DNA of 64,000 nt from an uncultured Gammaproteobacteria bacterium (GCA_963797555.1 CAWCPV010000003.1:320001-384000), one strand, 5' to 3'; numbered from the stretch's first letter, positions 10,295-20,270 are shown. Numbers and translations are program-made. The notes: generated by a model from the letters alone, not told the origin.

Positions 10295-10861
10295 ATGAGC
10301 CGCGATCGCCTCCACCGGCTTCTGACGCTGGCCGAGCGTTCCGATCCGGCGTTGCACGCGTGGTTCCGGGACGCGCTCGCCCGTTGGGAACACGGGCTCG
10401 CCATGGAGCAGGCCCTGGAGCTCCGAGGCGGTTCGGCCAGGGCGCTGCGCGACGCTGGCATCCGGCGCCTGGCTGAGCTGCTGGATTCGGACGGACGGCA
10501 CTCGAGGTGGCATACCGCGGGGCTGGTGGAGCGGGCGCTCGCTCGCCGGCACACCACCGGGGAGATCGGCGTACTGGTGGAGCAGATCATCCGATCGGGT
10601 TGCAGCGTGGTTCCGAAGCGGCGGCAGATCTGGTCCGTCTTGGGGGTGCGCGAGGAGGCGCAGGCGGCAGAGCGGCAGGGGGTGAGTCAGCAGACACTCA
10701 GTCGGGATTTACTCAAAAACAGTGTCATGACTCCAAAAGTTGGTAAACCTCGCCGGGTGAGTCAGCGGACGGTTAGGCGAGATATGGACAAAAACAGTGT
10801 CATGACTCCAAAAGTGTCCAAACCTCGCCAGCGCATCATCTACCAGATCAGCCGGGGCTGA
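10295..10861 (+). CDS. Hypothetical helical protein with a C-terminal 25-aa tandem repeat
   Basis: N-terminus homologous to E2 ~31692-32066. Confidence 0.6.
   Translation: MSRDRLHRLLTLAERSDPALHAWFRDALARWEHGLAMEQALELRGGSARALRDAGIRRLAELLDSDGRHSRWHTAGLVERALARRHTTGEIGVLVEQIIRSGCSVVPKRRQIWSVLGVREEAQAAERQGVSQQTLSRDLLKNSVMTPKVGKPRRVSQRTVRRDMDKNSVMTPKVSKPRQRIIYQISRG
10680..10829 (+). repeat. Two imperfect 75-bp tandem repeats
   Basis: GGGTGAGTCAGC...CAAAAACAGTGTCATGACTCCAAAAGT...AAACCTCGCC at 10680 and 10755. Confidence 0.9.
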
Positions 10862-10941
10862 GGTTTCGCAATTCTCCCCATCGCGTTTGCAAACCGACCC
10901 TGTTTCAATAGAGCCTCAGAATTTATCGCGAGGCGCCGCCA

Positions 10942-12012
10942 ATGCCCATGCCGAAGAGCACATCCCGGTTAACGAAACCGATCGCATTCTCCCGCGGAGA
11001 CGTTCGAGCCGCGATGGGCGATTGGCTCGCGTTACGCGCAGGACTTGTGCGTGCTGAGGAGGCTGATCCAATAGCGCAGGAGCTGCTAGATCCCCTAGCG
11101 CCTGCGAACCTCGCGGACGTGGCTTGCCACCTGTCAGGCCGCGGCAGTGGCGTCACAGCGCACGAGGCGGCACGAGAGTTTCACAGCACCGATTTTAGCG
11201 ACGCGCTGGCGGTCGGGCTGTCCCAGGTGGCTGGCGTTTCTTATGCTCGGCAGGCCGCTGAACATTCCGTCATCGTCAAGGATCTCACGGTGCCGGATCT
11301 CAGGCCCGTCGCATTCCCTGTCATCGACGTGGGCGAACTCACCGAGACGCCGAATGCTGGCGGACCTATCGAGTTCGCTTCGACATTCGCGAATGATGGC
11401 GTATTTGGCGCCGCCAACGTTTTCTCGGCACGTTTCCTGATTCCGCGCCGTTTGCTCGTCAACGATGACGCTGGCGTTGTCACGTTGGCGGTCGCTCAGC
11501 TATCCGGACATGCTGCTCGTCTCGAGGCCCAGGCCATCGCTGCGATTCTCGCGAGCAACCCGAACTTGGGCGATTCCGCGGCACTGATCGACACCGGAAA
11601 CACCGCGAGCGGCGGCATTGCGAATGCCACGGGATTAGCCGCCGCGGCTGGACTCATGAGGACTCGAGTTACTTCTGGCGGGAATGTCGCGAATGTGCGC
11701 GCGCGCTTCTGGCTGGTTGCTGGCGATGCTGAGTTTGCCGCGCTGACGACCCTTGGCGGTATCTATTCGGGAGGCCCGCTGCGGATCGAGGTGGCCACAA
11801 ATGCGTGGCTTCCGGCTGCGACTGCGAGTTATTTACTGGCGTCTCCAGACGACGCTCCGACATTCGTTCGTTTGGGTTTGACTTCACCACCGAAGCCGAG
11901 CGTAATTCAACGTCGCGCACCGCCCGGTTTCGACGGATTGGCGTATGTGATTGAGCACGTTTTCGGAATTGCGGCTGTTTCTCGGGATGGACTTGTGAAG
12001 GTAACGGCATAA
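10942..12012 (+). CDS. Major capsid protein, Mu gpT-like/HK97-fold type, without a fused protease
   Basis: HSTDFSDAL, FSARFLIPRRLLVNDD, AARLEAQAIAAILASNPNLGD and FGIAAVSRDGLVK motifs recalled from gpT-like head proteins. Confidence 0.75.
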   Translation: MPMPKSTSRLTKPIAFSRGDVRAAMGDWLALRAGLVRAEEADPIAQELLDPLAPANLADVACHLSGRGSGVTAHEAAREFHSTDFSDALAVGLSQVAGVSYARQAAEHSVIVKDLTVPDLRPVAFPVIDVGELTETPNAGGPIEFASTFANDGVFGAANVFSARFLIPRRLLVNDDAGVVTLAVAQLSGHAARLEAQAIAAILASNPNLGDSAALIDTGNTASGGIANATGLAAAAGLMRTRVTSGGNVANVRARFWLVAGDAEFAALTTLGGIYSGGPLRIEVATNAWLPAATASYLLASPDDAPTFVRLGLTSPPKPSVIQRRAPPGFDGLAYVIEHVFGIAAVSRDGLVKVTA

Positions 12013-12017
12013 CGGAC

Positions 12018-12290
12018 ATGAGCAGTTTGACACGAGTTCAAGCCCTAGCCGCTGCTCGGAGTTTCCAGCGCCATTCCGGGATTTGCCGACGCTGCGCCAC
12101 TGCGGTGGCTGCCGAGCTTCGCGATTCTGCTCCCGGTATCCCGGCGATTGCCGTTTGCGAATCCGGCGCGGTTGTGGTGGGATTGTTCGCGATGTTGACC
12201 GTCGACGGGGCGTTGCTCGTGCAGCCCTTGGACGTGACCGAGCTGCCGCCCGACACGACGTTCTGCCCGGCGCCGGAGCGCGTTCAATGA
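12018..12290 (+). CDS. Conserved satellite hypothetical protein
   Basis: VQPLDVTELP.D.TFCPAP shared with E2 33190-33471. Confidence 0.7.
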   Translation: MSSLTRVQALAAARSFQRHSGICRRCATAVAAELRDSAPGIPAIAVCESGAVVVGLFAMLTVDGALLVQPLDVTELPPDTTFCPAPERVQ

Positions 12291-12490
12291 ACCGCTGGGT
12301 TTTATGTCGTCGCACCAACGGCGCCCTGCGGCTGGTGCGCGAGGTCACAGAGTCGGAAGGACGAGCAATGGCCGCCGCTGACTCCACCTTGACCTTGATG
12401 CCCAGGGATGAGGCGATCGCTCTCTGGCTGTCTAAGCCGCGGTCCCAGGCCACCGGGAAGATTGCGGACGTGCCCGGCCGCCGCCGCTGA
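12287..12490 (+). CDS. Conserved satellite hypothetical protein (MNRWVLCRR...)
   Basis: ATGA overlap; homologue at 33468 (PRERALALWLS versus PRDEAIALWLS). Confidence 0.6.
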   Translation: MNRWVLCRRTNGALRLVREVTESEGRAMAAADSTLTLMPRDEAIALWLSKPRSQATGKIADVPGRRR

Positions 12491-12553
12491 GCTGATTTTG
12501 CAGCACCCCGATCGGGACTCGTCCCCCCGATCGGGCTCACCTCTCCTGCATTT

Positions 12554-12580
12554 GCCCCGGCTAAGGTCGGGGCTTTTTTT
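12554..12580 (+). terminator. Rho-independent terminator of the capsid operon
   Basis: GCCCCGGC-TAAG-GTCGGGGC followed by T7. Confidence 0.8.
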
Positions 12581-12789
12581 GGGCGGTCGCCGCCATCGGG
12601 GAGCTACTCGGGGTGGACGTGCGGCAGGGGGAGCGGACGGACCTGGGTGGCACTGTCCCGCGCGCGGGACAGTTACCGCGGCAGACCGCATCGAAGTAAC
12701 CGCGCCATCATCGGGGAGCTGCTCGGGTTGGACGCCGTGCGCGGCAAACATACAGACCCAACATTGCGCGGCTGTGCAATGATACCGCC

Positions 12790-13146
12790 GAGCCACCGCC
12801 CGAACGATAAAACTTCACGGCGCCGTGAAGGCAGACCCCTCGCGCGCGGAAGCCACACCCCCTTGCTTAGTACAAAGCAAGGGGTCAACGGCAGACCCCT
12901 CGCGCGCGCGGAGCCACCTTCTGACCGTCCACCCGCGAAGCCTTGCGCTGGGCAGACCCCTCGCGCGCGCGGAGCCACCCTTTCAGGCCAGACTGCGGAC
13001 GGACGGCGAAAAGCAGACCCCTCGCGCGCGCGGAGCCACCCCAGCCATCCTTCCTCGACCAACTCCCGCGGAGGCAGGCGCGCGCGGAGCCACCCTTCCC
13101 ACAGGGTGCCGCTGCTCCGGTAGGTGAGCAGACCCCTCGCGCGCGC
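12790..13146 (-). CRISPR. Cas-less CRISPR-like mini-array, type I-E-like geometry, 6 spacers
   Basis: 28-bp repeat GCAGACCCCTCGCGCGCGCGGAGCCACC at 12891, 12952 and 13013, variants at 12831 and 13074, partial copies at both ends; unique 32-33 nt spacers; strand inferred from I-E resemblance. Confidence 0.8.
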
Positions 13147-13214
13147 TAGCACAAACATGCCATAATGATTGTCCTTGGTTTTTACTTTTACCGGACAGAG
13201 CGGAGAAGGGACTA

Positions 13215-13721
13215 ATGGCACATGCCGCGGCTGGCGTCGAGGCCACCATACGGGGATTTGGGAGCACACTGCACGGGGTCATGCATGCTCCTAACCTTGC
13301 CCTCTTGCGGAGCGTCGACCAGACTGTCGACAGTCTGGCGCGCGAGCAAGAGATAGTCGCTGGATTCGAGCAGATTGCCCGCGGAGCGCTGCAAGCGCTC
13401 AAGGATTGCCGGCCAAAGCGGGCGATCGACCTGGATGGCACGTTGTGCGAGCAGTTGTTGTCAGGCGAGACCGCCATGAAGGCCCGGATTGACGAGTGTC
13501 AGAAGAAAAGGCAAGCGGCGTTTGATGACCCGATGCTTCGCGGTGCGCATGAAAGTGCGGTTGTGTCGGAGTACGACCGCTCGATCGCCTTATGGCGCGG
13601 CCTTCACAATGCGACCGTCGAACTACGCTGGGCTGTGATGGAGTCTGATGCGGACATGGAAGCACCTGTGTCCGAAGAAGCTGAATCGTTGGAAGGCCTT
13701 ATCTCGTCTCTGAAGGCGTAA
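13215..13721 (+). CDS. Putative antitoxin/hypothetical helical protein
   Basis: RBS; ends 6 bp before the RelE-like gene; C-terminus AESLEGLISSLKA. Confidence 0.65.
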   Translation: MAHAAAGVEATIRGFGSTLHGVMHAPNLALLRSVDQTVDSLAREQEIVAGFEQIARGALQALKDCRPKRAIDLDGTLCEQLLSGETAMKARIDECQKKRQAAFDDPMLRGAHESAVVSEYDRSIALWRGLHNATVELRWAVMESDADMEAPVSEEAESLEGLISSLKA

Positions 13722-13727
13722 AGGTGC

Positions 13728-13997
13728 ATGGCCAAAACCCTAGGGGTCAAAGGGTTTAAGCCGTTACCGCGGTTCAAGCGACTCTTCAGGAAACTGGATC
13801 CAAGCGTTCAACAGCAGGTTAAAGATACGCTTGCTGACCTTCAGAAGAACCCCATCCCACCAGGGCGTAGAGTCAAGAAGATGGAGGGACACAAGGATGT
13901 GTGGGAGGCGAGGGTCAACGACAATTTTAGGCTGACCTTCAAGATAGAGGGGGATACTGCAATCCTTCGGAACGTCGGCACCCACGATATTTTGTAA
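13728..13997 (+). CDS. RelE/ParE-superfamily toxin
   Basis: RFKRLFRKL...VKKMEG..DVWEARVNDNFRLTF...LRNVGTHD. Confidence 0.85.
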   Translation: MAKTLGVKGFKPLPRFKRLFRKLDPSVQQQVKDTLADLQKNPIPPGRRVKKMEGHKDVWEARVNDNFRLTFKIEGDTAILRNVGTHDIL

Positions 13998-14146
13998 CAC
14001 CCATTCTGTAACACCGGCGTCGGTAGGCGCCGGGCTATTGGGACGCGGCACCGCCCCCACGATGGCGGGCGCAGGCGTCACAGGACGCCCCAGGCGTCGC
14101 GATCTCGGCCGACTCCATAGGGTGGTATCTCCCCCGGAAGCGCGGC

Positions 14147-14497
14147 TCACTGGTCCAGCTCGACCGCCTCGAATTTAATCCAGAACTCCCGCGTGTCGCC
14201 CTTCAGCCTCACCTGCATGAGGCCGGAGAACATCGCCGTGTCCACCTCATAGACCTGCTGGCCGTCCTTGAACACGATGCACCGGCCCGCCACGACCGCG
14301 ACCGTCAGCAGCTTCTTGAACGCCTCTAGGTCGTGATCACTCGCGAGCCGACCGAGCTTGTCATAGAGATCCCGGTCGACGCAGCCGACGTGCGAATCCC
14401 CCTTGATGTGGCCAGTCAGGGACGCCTGCACAGGCGCGATGCTCAGCAGCAGCCCGAACATCATCCCTAGGCATAGTGCGCCTTCTCTTTTGGTCAT
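14147..14497 (-). CDS. Exported hypothetical protein (cargo)
   Basis: Signal peptide ending PVQA; two Cys in the mature part. Confidence 0.75.
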   Translation of the reverse strand: MTKREGALCLGMMFGLLLSIAPVQASLTGHIKGDSHVGCVDRDLYDKLGRLASDHDLEAFKKLLTVAVVAGRCIVFKDGQQVYEVDTAMFSGLMQVRLKGDTREFWIKFEAVELDQ

Positions 14498-14664
14498 AAG
14501 CCACCCTACCCTGACCCCGCCCCCGCGCGGGGTTTTTGTGCCTGCCGACGCATCGTAACAGCACCGTAACGCGTTACGGGTAACGGTCGGTTGCGATGCA
14601 CTTACAGAGCACTTACGCCTGACCGTCGGCTTTTTCTCACCCTTGCCGAGACCCTTCTGGGAGT

Positions 14665-14739
14665 TGGTGGGCGATGCTGGGTTCGAACCAGCGACCCCTG
14701 CCGTGTGAAGGCAGTGCTCTCCCGCTGAGCTAATCGCCC
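14665..14739 (-). tRNA. tRNA-Val(CAC)
   Basis: Cloverleaf GGGCGATTAGCTCAG...CTGCC-TT-CAC-AC-GGCAG...TTCGAA...CCA. Confidence 0.97.
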
Positions 14740-14793
14740 GCTGCGGAACAGTGTAAGGATACCCCGCAGCATCGTCAACGTGCCGCGAATGTG

Positions 14794-16691
14794 TGTAGCG
14801 CCAAAGTCGTAATGTCCCCTTTGACCAAAGTCGTAATGTCCCCTTTTGGTACTCGAAGGGGGACGTATGGAAGAAGGGGTGATCACGATGAGCCGGCGAG
14901 AGTTGGAGCGACTTGAGGTGATGCAGCGGGTGGCGGGCAGGCGGATCAAACAGGGCGATGCGGCCCGCATGCTGGGGCTATCGGTTCGGCAGGTGAAGCG
15001 CCTAGTGTGTGCGTACCGGCAGGACGGGGCAGCGGGCTTGGTGAGCAAGCGCCGGGGTCGCCGGTCCCATCAGCGCATCCCGGAGGCGGAGAAGGCGCGT
15101 TGTCTTGCCATCGTCCAGTCTCAGTACCCCGACTTCGGCCCAACGCTTGGGGCTGAGTATCTGGCCCAGGCGCACGGGTTTCCCTACTCGGTGGAGACCC
15201 TGCGCGGCTGGATGTCTGAGGCCGGGCTGTGGCAACGAGGCCAAGCCAAGGCGAGCCGTCCCCATCCCCCGCGTGAGCAACGCCCTCGGCTGGGCGAGCT
15301 GATCCAGATCGAGGGCAGCCCGCACGACTGGTTCGAGGGCCGGGGGCCGCGCGTGAGCCTCATCGGCTTCATCGACGATGCCACCAGCCGGGTGATGGCC
15401 GCCCGCTTCGCACCGGTGGAGTCGAGCCGGGCTTACCTCAGTGTGCTCGCGGCGTATGTGCGCCGTCATGGGTGCCCAGTGGCCTTCTATAGCGCGCCGC
15501 CACTCCATCTTCACCAAACACGACCCGCAAGACCCCGAGCCCACCCAGTTCGAGCGCGCGCTGGGGAGCCTCGACATCGCCTCCATCCAGGCCCTCTCCC
15601 CGCAGGCCAAGGGGCGGGTGGAGCGGCTGTTCCAGACCCTTCAGGACCGCCTGGTCAAAGCACTGCGGATGGCACACATCCAGGACATCGACGCCGCCAA
15701 CGTCTTGCTCGACACTTACCTCGAGCGGCACAACGCGCGCTTCGCCGTCGCGCCCGCACCCCCGCAGGATACCCACCGGCCCTGGAGCGGCTCGGTCGCC
15801 GAGCTCTCCCACCTCTGCTCGCTGCAGCACGCGCGCACCCTCTCCAAGAACCTGGTGGTCAGCTTCAGGGGTCAGCGTTACATCCTCCAGACCCCGGCCC
15901 ACGCCCCGCGCTATGGCCTGCGGGGACGGCGCATCACCGTATGCGAGCACCCCGACGGCACCATCGAACTGCTCAACGGCACCGAGGTCCTGCCGTACAG
16001 AGTCTTCGATGAGCGCCGCGACGGGCCTGCCGACCGCAGCGTCGATGACAAGACGCTCAACCAACGGGTCGACCAGGCCATCGCCCGCCTCGCCCCGAGA
16101 ACGCCCCGGAAGCCCCCGGCAGATCACCCTTGGCGGCGACCCTTGCACCCCCATCCCAGACCAACCGCCACCAGCAAGAACTGCCCCTAACTCCCTGAGG
16201 TAAGCCCCCGGCTTTGCCGGGGGACTCACCGAGGTTTGACCTATACGACGGTCGTCGTGAATCTCCAATCTCCGCCAAGAGAAGGAGACGCACGATGAAA
16301 GAGTAGCAGAGTCTGAGCCACACGAAGTGGGACTGTAAGTACCATGTGATATTCATCCCGAAAGCGCAGGAAGAAGCGGATCTTCGGGGCGCTGCGCCGC
16401 CACCTGGGACAGATCTTCCACGAGTTGGCGGGCCACAAGGTGTCCACAGTCGGCTTGGATGAGGCGATGGTGAGGGCCTACATCCGGAACCAAGACCAAC
16501 AGGACGAGCGATACGAGATCAGCTAACGCTGGGGACATAGGTCCAGCCGCCTTGGGCGGCTCCCGGTGTTATGGCGCCTTTGAGGCGCTCACCCAATAAG
16601 CCCCCGGCTTCGCCGGGGGTGAGTTAACTCTCGCCTCAAGGGGACATCTCTACTTTGCAGAAAAAGGGGACATTTCTACTTTGGGTTGACA
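14794..16691 (+). mobile_element. IS1202-family (formerly ISNCY) element; transposase ~14868-16190, frameshifted
   Basis: TGT...ACA ends with internally repeated IR motifs; 15-bp TSD CGTGCCGCGAATGTG at 14779-14793 and 16692-16706; C-terminal KPPADHPWR. Confidence 0.85.
16191..16628 (+). mobile_element. IS200-type element with internally deleted tnpA, nested in the IS1202-like element
   Basis: Both subterminal hairpins; HTKWDCKYHV and VSTVGLDEAMVRAYIRNQ motifs joined by a deletion. Confidence 0.85.
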
Positions 16692-16739
16692 CGTGCCGCG
16701 AATGTGGCTCTAGCACGCTCTGTGTGGAATGGTACGCTG

Positions 16740-16955
16740 CTGGGCACTCCGAGCGAGGGAGGAACCAGCCCACTGACCTGTTCACTGCGGCACTCGGACA
16801 CCAAGCACCCTTGGCGGTGCGGGACATCCGCTTCGAGCCGGAGCAGGGGGAGATTCACTTCGAGCTCACCTGCCTGGCCAAACGCCTGCCCTGCCCGGTA
16901 TGCGGGCAGTCGGAGCAACCGATTCACGCTCGTCAGGAGCGCACTTGGCAGCAAG
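16740..16955 (+). pseudogene. ISL3 transposase N-terminal fragment
   Basis: QPTDLFTAALG...CPVCG similar to the N-terminus of the ISL3 at 34.3-35.7 kb. Confidence 0.7.
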
Positions 16956-17238
16956 TTGGTGGTGCCGAAATTAACACCGTTCTTGGGCGGTGAGCTGTTG
17001 GGATCGGAACAGGGGTCGGCCTTTGCATCCGCGAACACCGTGAAGGCAAAAACGGTATCCGAGTCCCACGTCTGGGCCGCTTGCTGGAGGGCCGCAGTAA
17101 AGGTCGCTCCGCGGAGCTCGCCACTGACGTGGTAGACGGATCCGGCCAGGCGGCTGCTTCGTAAACGCACGCGCCCCGGGCCGAGGTGCGGGAGAACAGC
17201 AGCGCCAACGCAAGGCTCATCGCGAACGCCCGTGTCAT
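16955..17238 (-). pseudogene. Truncated exported protein, possibly a matrixin-like N-terminus
   Basis: Signal peptide MTRAFAMSLALALLFS; ALQQAAQTW..DPC..NGVNFG in a second frame. Confidence 0.35.
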
Positions 17239-17305
17239 TCGCTCTAAGTCCCTCCTACTACTTGCGGCGTAGACCCAACACTCGTGTCACCGGCCGCCAT
17301 TTCGG

Positions 17306-18552
17306 TCAGAGCAATGCCAGCCGGGCGTTCATGTCGAGGTCGAATCGCCCATAGGGGTTGACGTGCTCCCAGATCAACGGTGTTCGGCGTAGTCGCGCGG
17401 CGTCAGCTTCCCCTGCCAGGGCGGCTGCGCAAGCACCTTCTGGATCATCAGCGTGTTGATGTAAACGATACAGTTCTGAATCAGGTGCAGCCCGAGCATG
17501 CTGATTTCGTGGTCCTCACGCCGGTTGCTGACCATCTCGCCGCGACGGGCGAAGAACACAAAGTCGGTAGCCCCGTTCCATTGTTCGACCACGTTCAGCC
17601 CCTCGTTAATCTCGCGGCGCAACGCTTCGGAATGCAGGTACTGGCACAGGAAGATCGTCTTGATCGCCTTCCCCAGCTCGGCGAGCGCCTTGTAGGTCGG
17701 GTGCTGCACGTTCTTCTTGGTGAAGCGCCGCAGGAGTGCCTCGGTTTCTGCCGTGCCCAGGCGCAAGGCGGTCGTGTACTTGATCATCTGGTCGTACTGG
17801 TGATGCACCAGCGCCCAGTCGATGGGTCGGGTCAGAATCTGTTGCAGATTCGCATGAGCGTCCGCCTTGCCGGTCTCCGGACGGTACAGCTTCTGTGAGT
17901 GGATCGCCTTCAGCCGTGGTAACAGCTGGAAGCCGAGAAGCCGGCAGAAGGCGGACGCGACCGTGCTCTGACCGTGGGAATCAACGTACTGGCGGTCCAC
18001 TTCCATTTCGGTGCAGTGATGGGCCACGCCTTCGATCATCGACGCCACTTCCGATGACGACGGCGACTTGAGCTGGGAGTGGATACACAGCGAGTTGCGC
18101 TCGACGTGCCAGTAGATCATGACGCCGCGCCCGCCGTAGCGGACATGCCACTGGGTGGTGAGGTTCTGATCCCATGCGCGGAAGTGCTTGGAATCGGAGG
18201 CGCAGGCGGTCGTGCCGCTGCCCCAGATCGCGGGGTTGCGGGCACGCAGCGTGCCGTCGGCAACGATGGCGATCGCCCGGCGCAGCGCATCGACGCCGAC
18301 GTAGCGCCGCCGCACGTAGGCCAAATCCTTGGCCGTCGCACCGGAATCCAGGCTCACCATGCGCTGCAAGCCGGCATTGGTCCGATCCCATGCAGGCACA
18401 ACAACAGGCGGGGCTGCAGCACCGAACGGTCCAGCGCTTCGTAGGCAGTCGGACTCTTCAGCACCTCGGTGAAGCCCAGGCGCCGGTCGGTTTCCTTGAC
18501 CCCATCTTCAACAGTCCTCGGGGCATGCCGGCTCGCAAAAGCGGCATGGTGA
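17306..18552 (-). pseudogene. Tn3-family transposase C-terminal fragment
   Basis: [37 protein letters not shown] and WEHVNPYG motifs. Confidence 0.9.
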
Positions 18553-18990
18553 CCTCCCTGAGGTAAGCCCCCGGCTTTGCCGAGGGACTCACCGAGGTTT
18601 GACCTATACGACGGTCGTCGTGAATCTCCGATCTCCGCCAAGAGAAGGGGATCCACGATGAAAGAGCACCAGAGTCCGAGCCACACGAAGTGGGACTGTA
18701 AGTACCATGTGGTATTCATCCCGAAGCGCAGGAAGAAGCAGATCTTCGGGACGCTGCGCCGCCACCTGGGACGGATCTTCCACGGGTTAGCGGGCCACAA
18801 GGTGTCCACAGTCGGCTTGGATGAGGCGATGGTGAGGGCCTACATCCGGAACCAAGACCAACAGGACGAGCGATACGAGATCAGCTAACGCTGGGGACAT
18901 AGGTCCAGCCGCCTTGGGCGGCTCCCGGTGTTATGGCGCCTTTGAGGCGCTCACCCAATAAGCCCCCGGCTTCGCCGGGGGTGAGTTAAC
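18553..18990 (+). mobile_element. Second copy of the deleted IS200-type element
   Basis: Near-identical to 16191-16628 with the same deletion junction. Confidence 0.85.
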
Positions 18991-19019
18991 TGGCGGGCAG
19001 TTGGAAATCAGCCGAATCA

Positions 19020-19715
19020 TGGTGCCACGGCCGCTCTCGGCAGCGGGTGATCGCCACACTGGGGCGGTTGGATACGCTGCTTGCCTCGGGTGGGCTGGAC
19101 GCTCTGGTGCGCTCGGCGGCGCGCTTCAGTGAGGCGCTGCTGATGCTCGATGCCCATGGTGCAGGCGAGACGCCGGTGGTGAGCTCGGAGCGCGTGGGGC
19201 CGGCGCTCATCTTCGAGCGGCTGTGGGCGCAGACCGGCTGCCAGGCGGTGGTGCAACGGCGCCTGGCGCGGCGGCAGTTCGGCTTTCCCGTGGAGCGGGC
19301 GGTGTTCCTGACGGTGCTGCACCGATTGCTCGCACCGGGCTCGGATCGCGCGGCCGAGCGCTGGCGGGAGCTGTACCGGCTGCCGGGAACCGAAGCGCTC
19401 GAGCTCCACCACCTGTACCGGGCCATGGCCTGGCTGGGGGAGGCGCTGCCGGCGGAGGCGCAGGCCGGGCGCACACCGTTCGCCCCGCGGTGCATCAAGG
19501 ACCTCATCGAGGATGACCTGTTCGCCTACCGCCGCGACCTGTTCACTACCCTGGACTTCTTCGACACCACCTCCTTGTACTTCGAGGGCGCGGGCGGAGA
19601 GAGCCTCGGTCAGTACGGACACAGCAAGGACCACCGGCCGGATCTCAAGCAGATGGTGGTGGGCGCGGTGTTGGACGGAGAAGGCCAGCCGGTGTGCTGC
19701 GAGCTGTGGCTGCTT
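19020..19715 (+). pseudogene. IS1634-family transposase fragment
   Basis: QRVIATLGRLD, LHHLYRAMAWL, FFDTTSLYFEG and GHSKDHRPD motifs. Confidence 0.85.
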
Positions 19716-19759
19716 CAAGACCCTGTTCGACCAGACCTTGCCGAATGTTGCAAACCGTG

Positions 19760-19941
19760 CGCGGGGAACATGAGAATGCCTGCGCCGCTTGCGCATCGGT
19801 CCAGGCCGGTCCATCGGCATCAACCGTCAACAGGACGTTGGCATGTTTGATCCGATAGGCCGCAGCCTTGCCTTTGCTCACCAGCTCCGTGAGCATCGAA
19901 CGCTCCTCCTCCGTGAGACGCACAATGTATTGCTTGTTCAT
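19760..19941 (-). pseudogene. IS630-family N-terminal HTH fragment
   Basis: MNKQYIVRLTEEER...HANVLL.VD.DGPAWTD. Confidence 0.7.
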
Positions 19942-20024
19942 AAGAGCACCTCCTGACAGACGACATCAAGAAATACTCTCAACACCCGGTGTTTGCAAGA
20001 TTTTATGAAACTTGGGTACTAGTG

Positions 20025-20270
20025 ACGGCTTGCGGTGCATGCCCCGTGCCAGGGCGTGCAGCAGGAAGCGACGCATGAACTCATCGACCGGTGGGCTCAT
20101 GCGAGCGTAGCGGCAACCGCCCTTGGCCCGGTAGTCCTTGAACTTGAAGGTGACCCCTTGCGCATCGAGGGCGAGCAGGCGGCTGTTGGCGATGGCCACG
20201 CGGTGGGTGTAGCGCGACAGGTAGGCGAGCACCGCCTGAGGCCCGGCGAAGGGGCGCTTGGCATAGATCT
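20025..20270 (-). pseudogene. IS91-family transposase fragment
   Basis: YAKRPFAGP.AVLAYLSRYTHRVAIANSRL...EFMRRFLLH. Confidence 0.85.

Larger units (their letters stand above)
4843..14712 (+). mobile_element. E1: tRNA-Val-integrated phage-satellite-like element (~9.9 kb) with TerS and MCP but no integrase
   Basis: Flanking 54-bp direct repeats; gene order parallels E2. Confidence 0.85.

Noticed and set aside
12798-13127. Self- or sister-targeting by spacers
   Set aside because: No protospacer match found by eye elsewhere in the window apart from the spacer-spacer homology; needs a computed search
12647-13269. ORFs running through the E1 array (12647..13123 +, 12673..13269 -) and the shared peptide TSRRRE
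   Set aside because: The 61-bp period shifts frame at each unit, giving low-complexity RARG text; the shared peptide follows from the shared palindrome
4843-14712. Classification as complete prophage, cf-PICI or P4
   Set aside because: No TerL, portal, protease, tail, lysis, Sid or Psu recognisable
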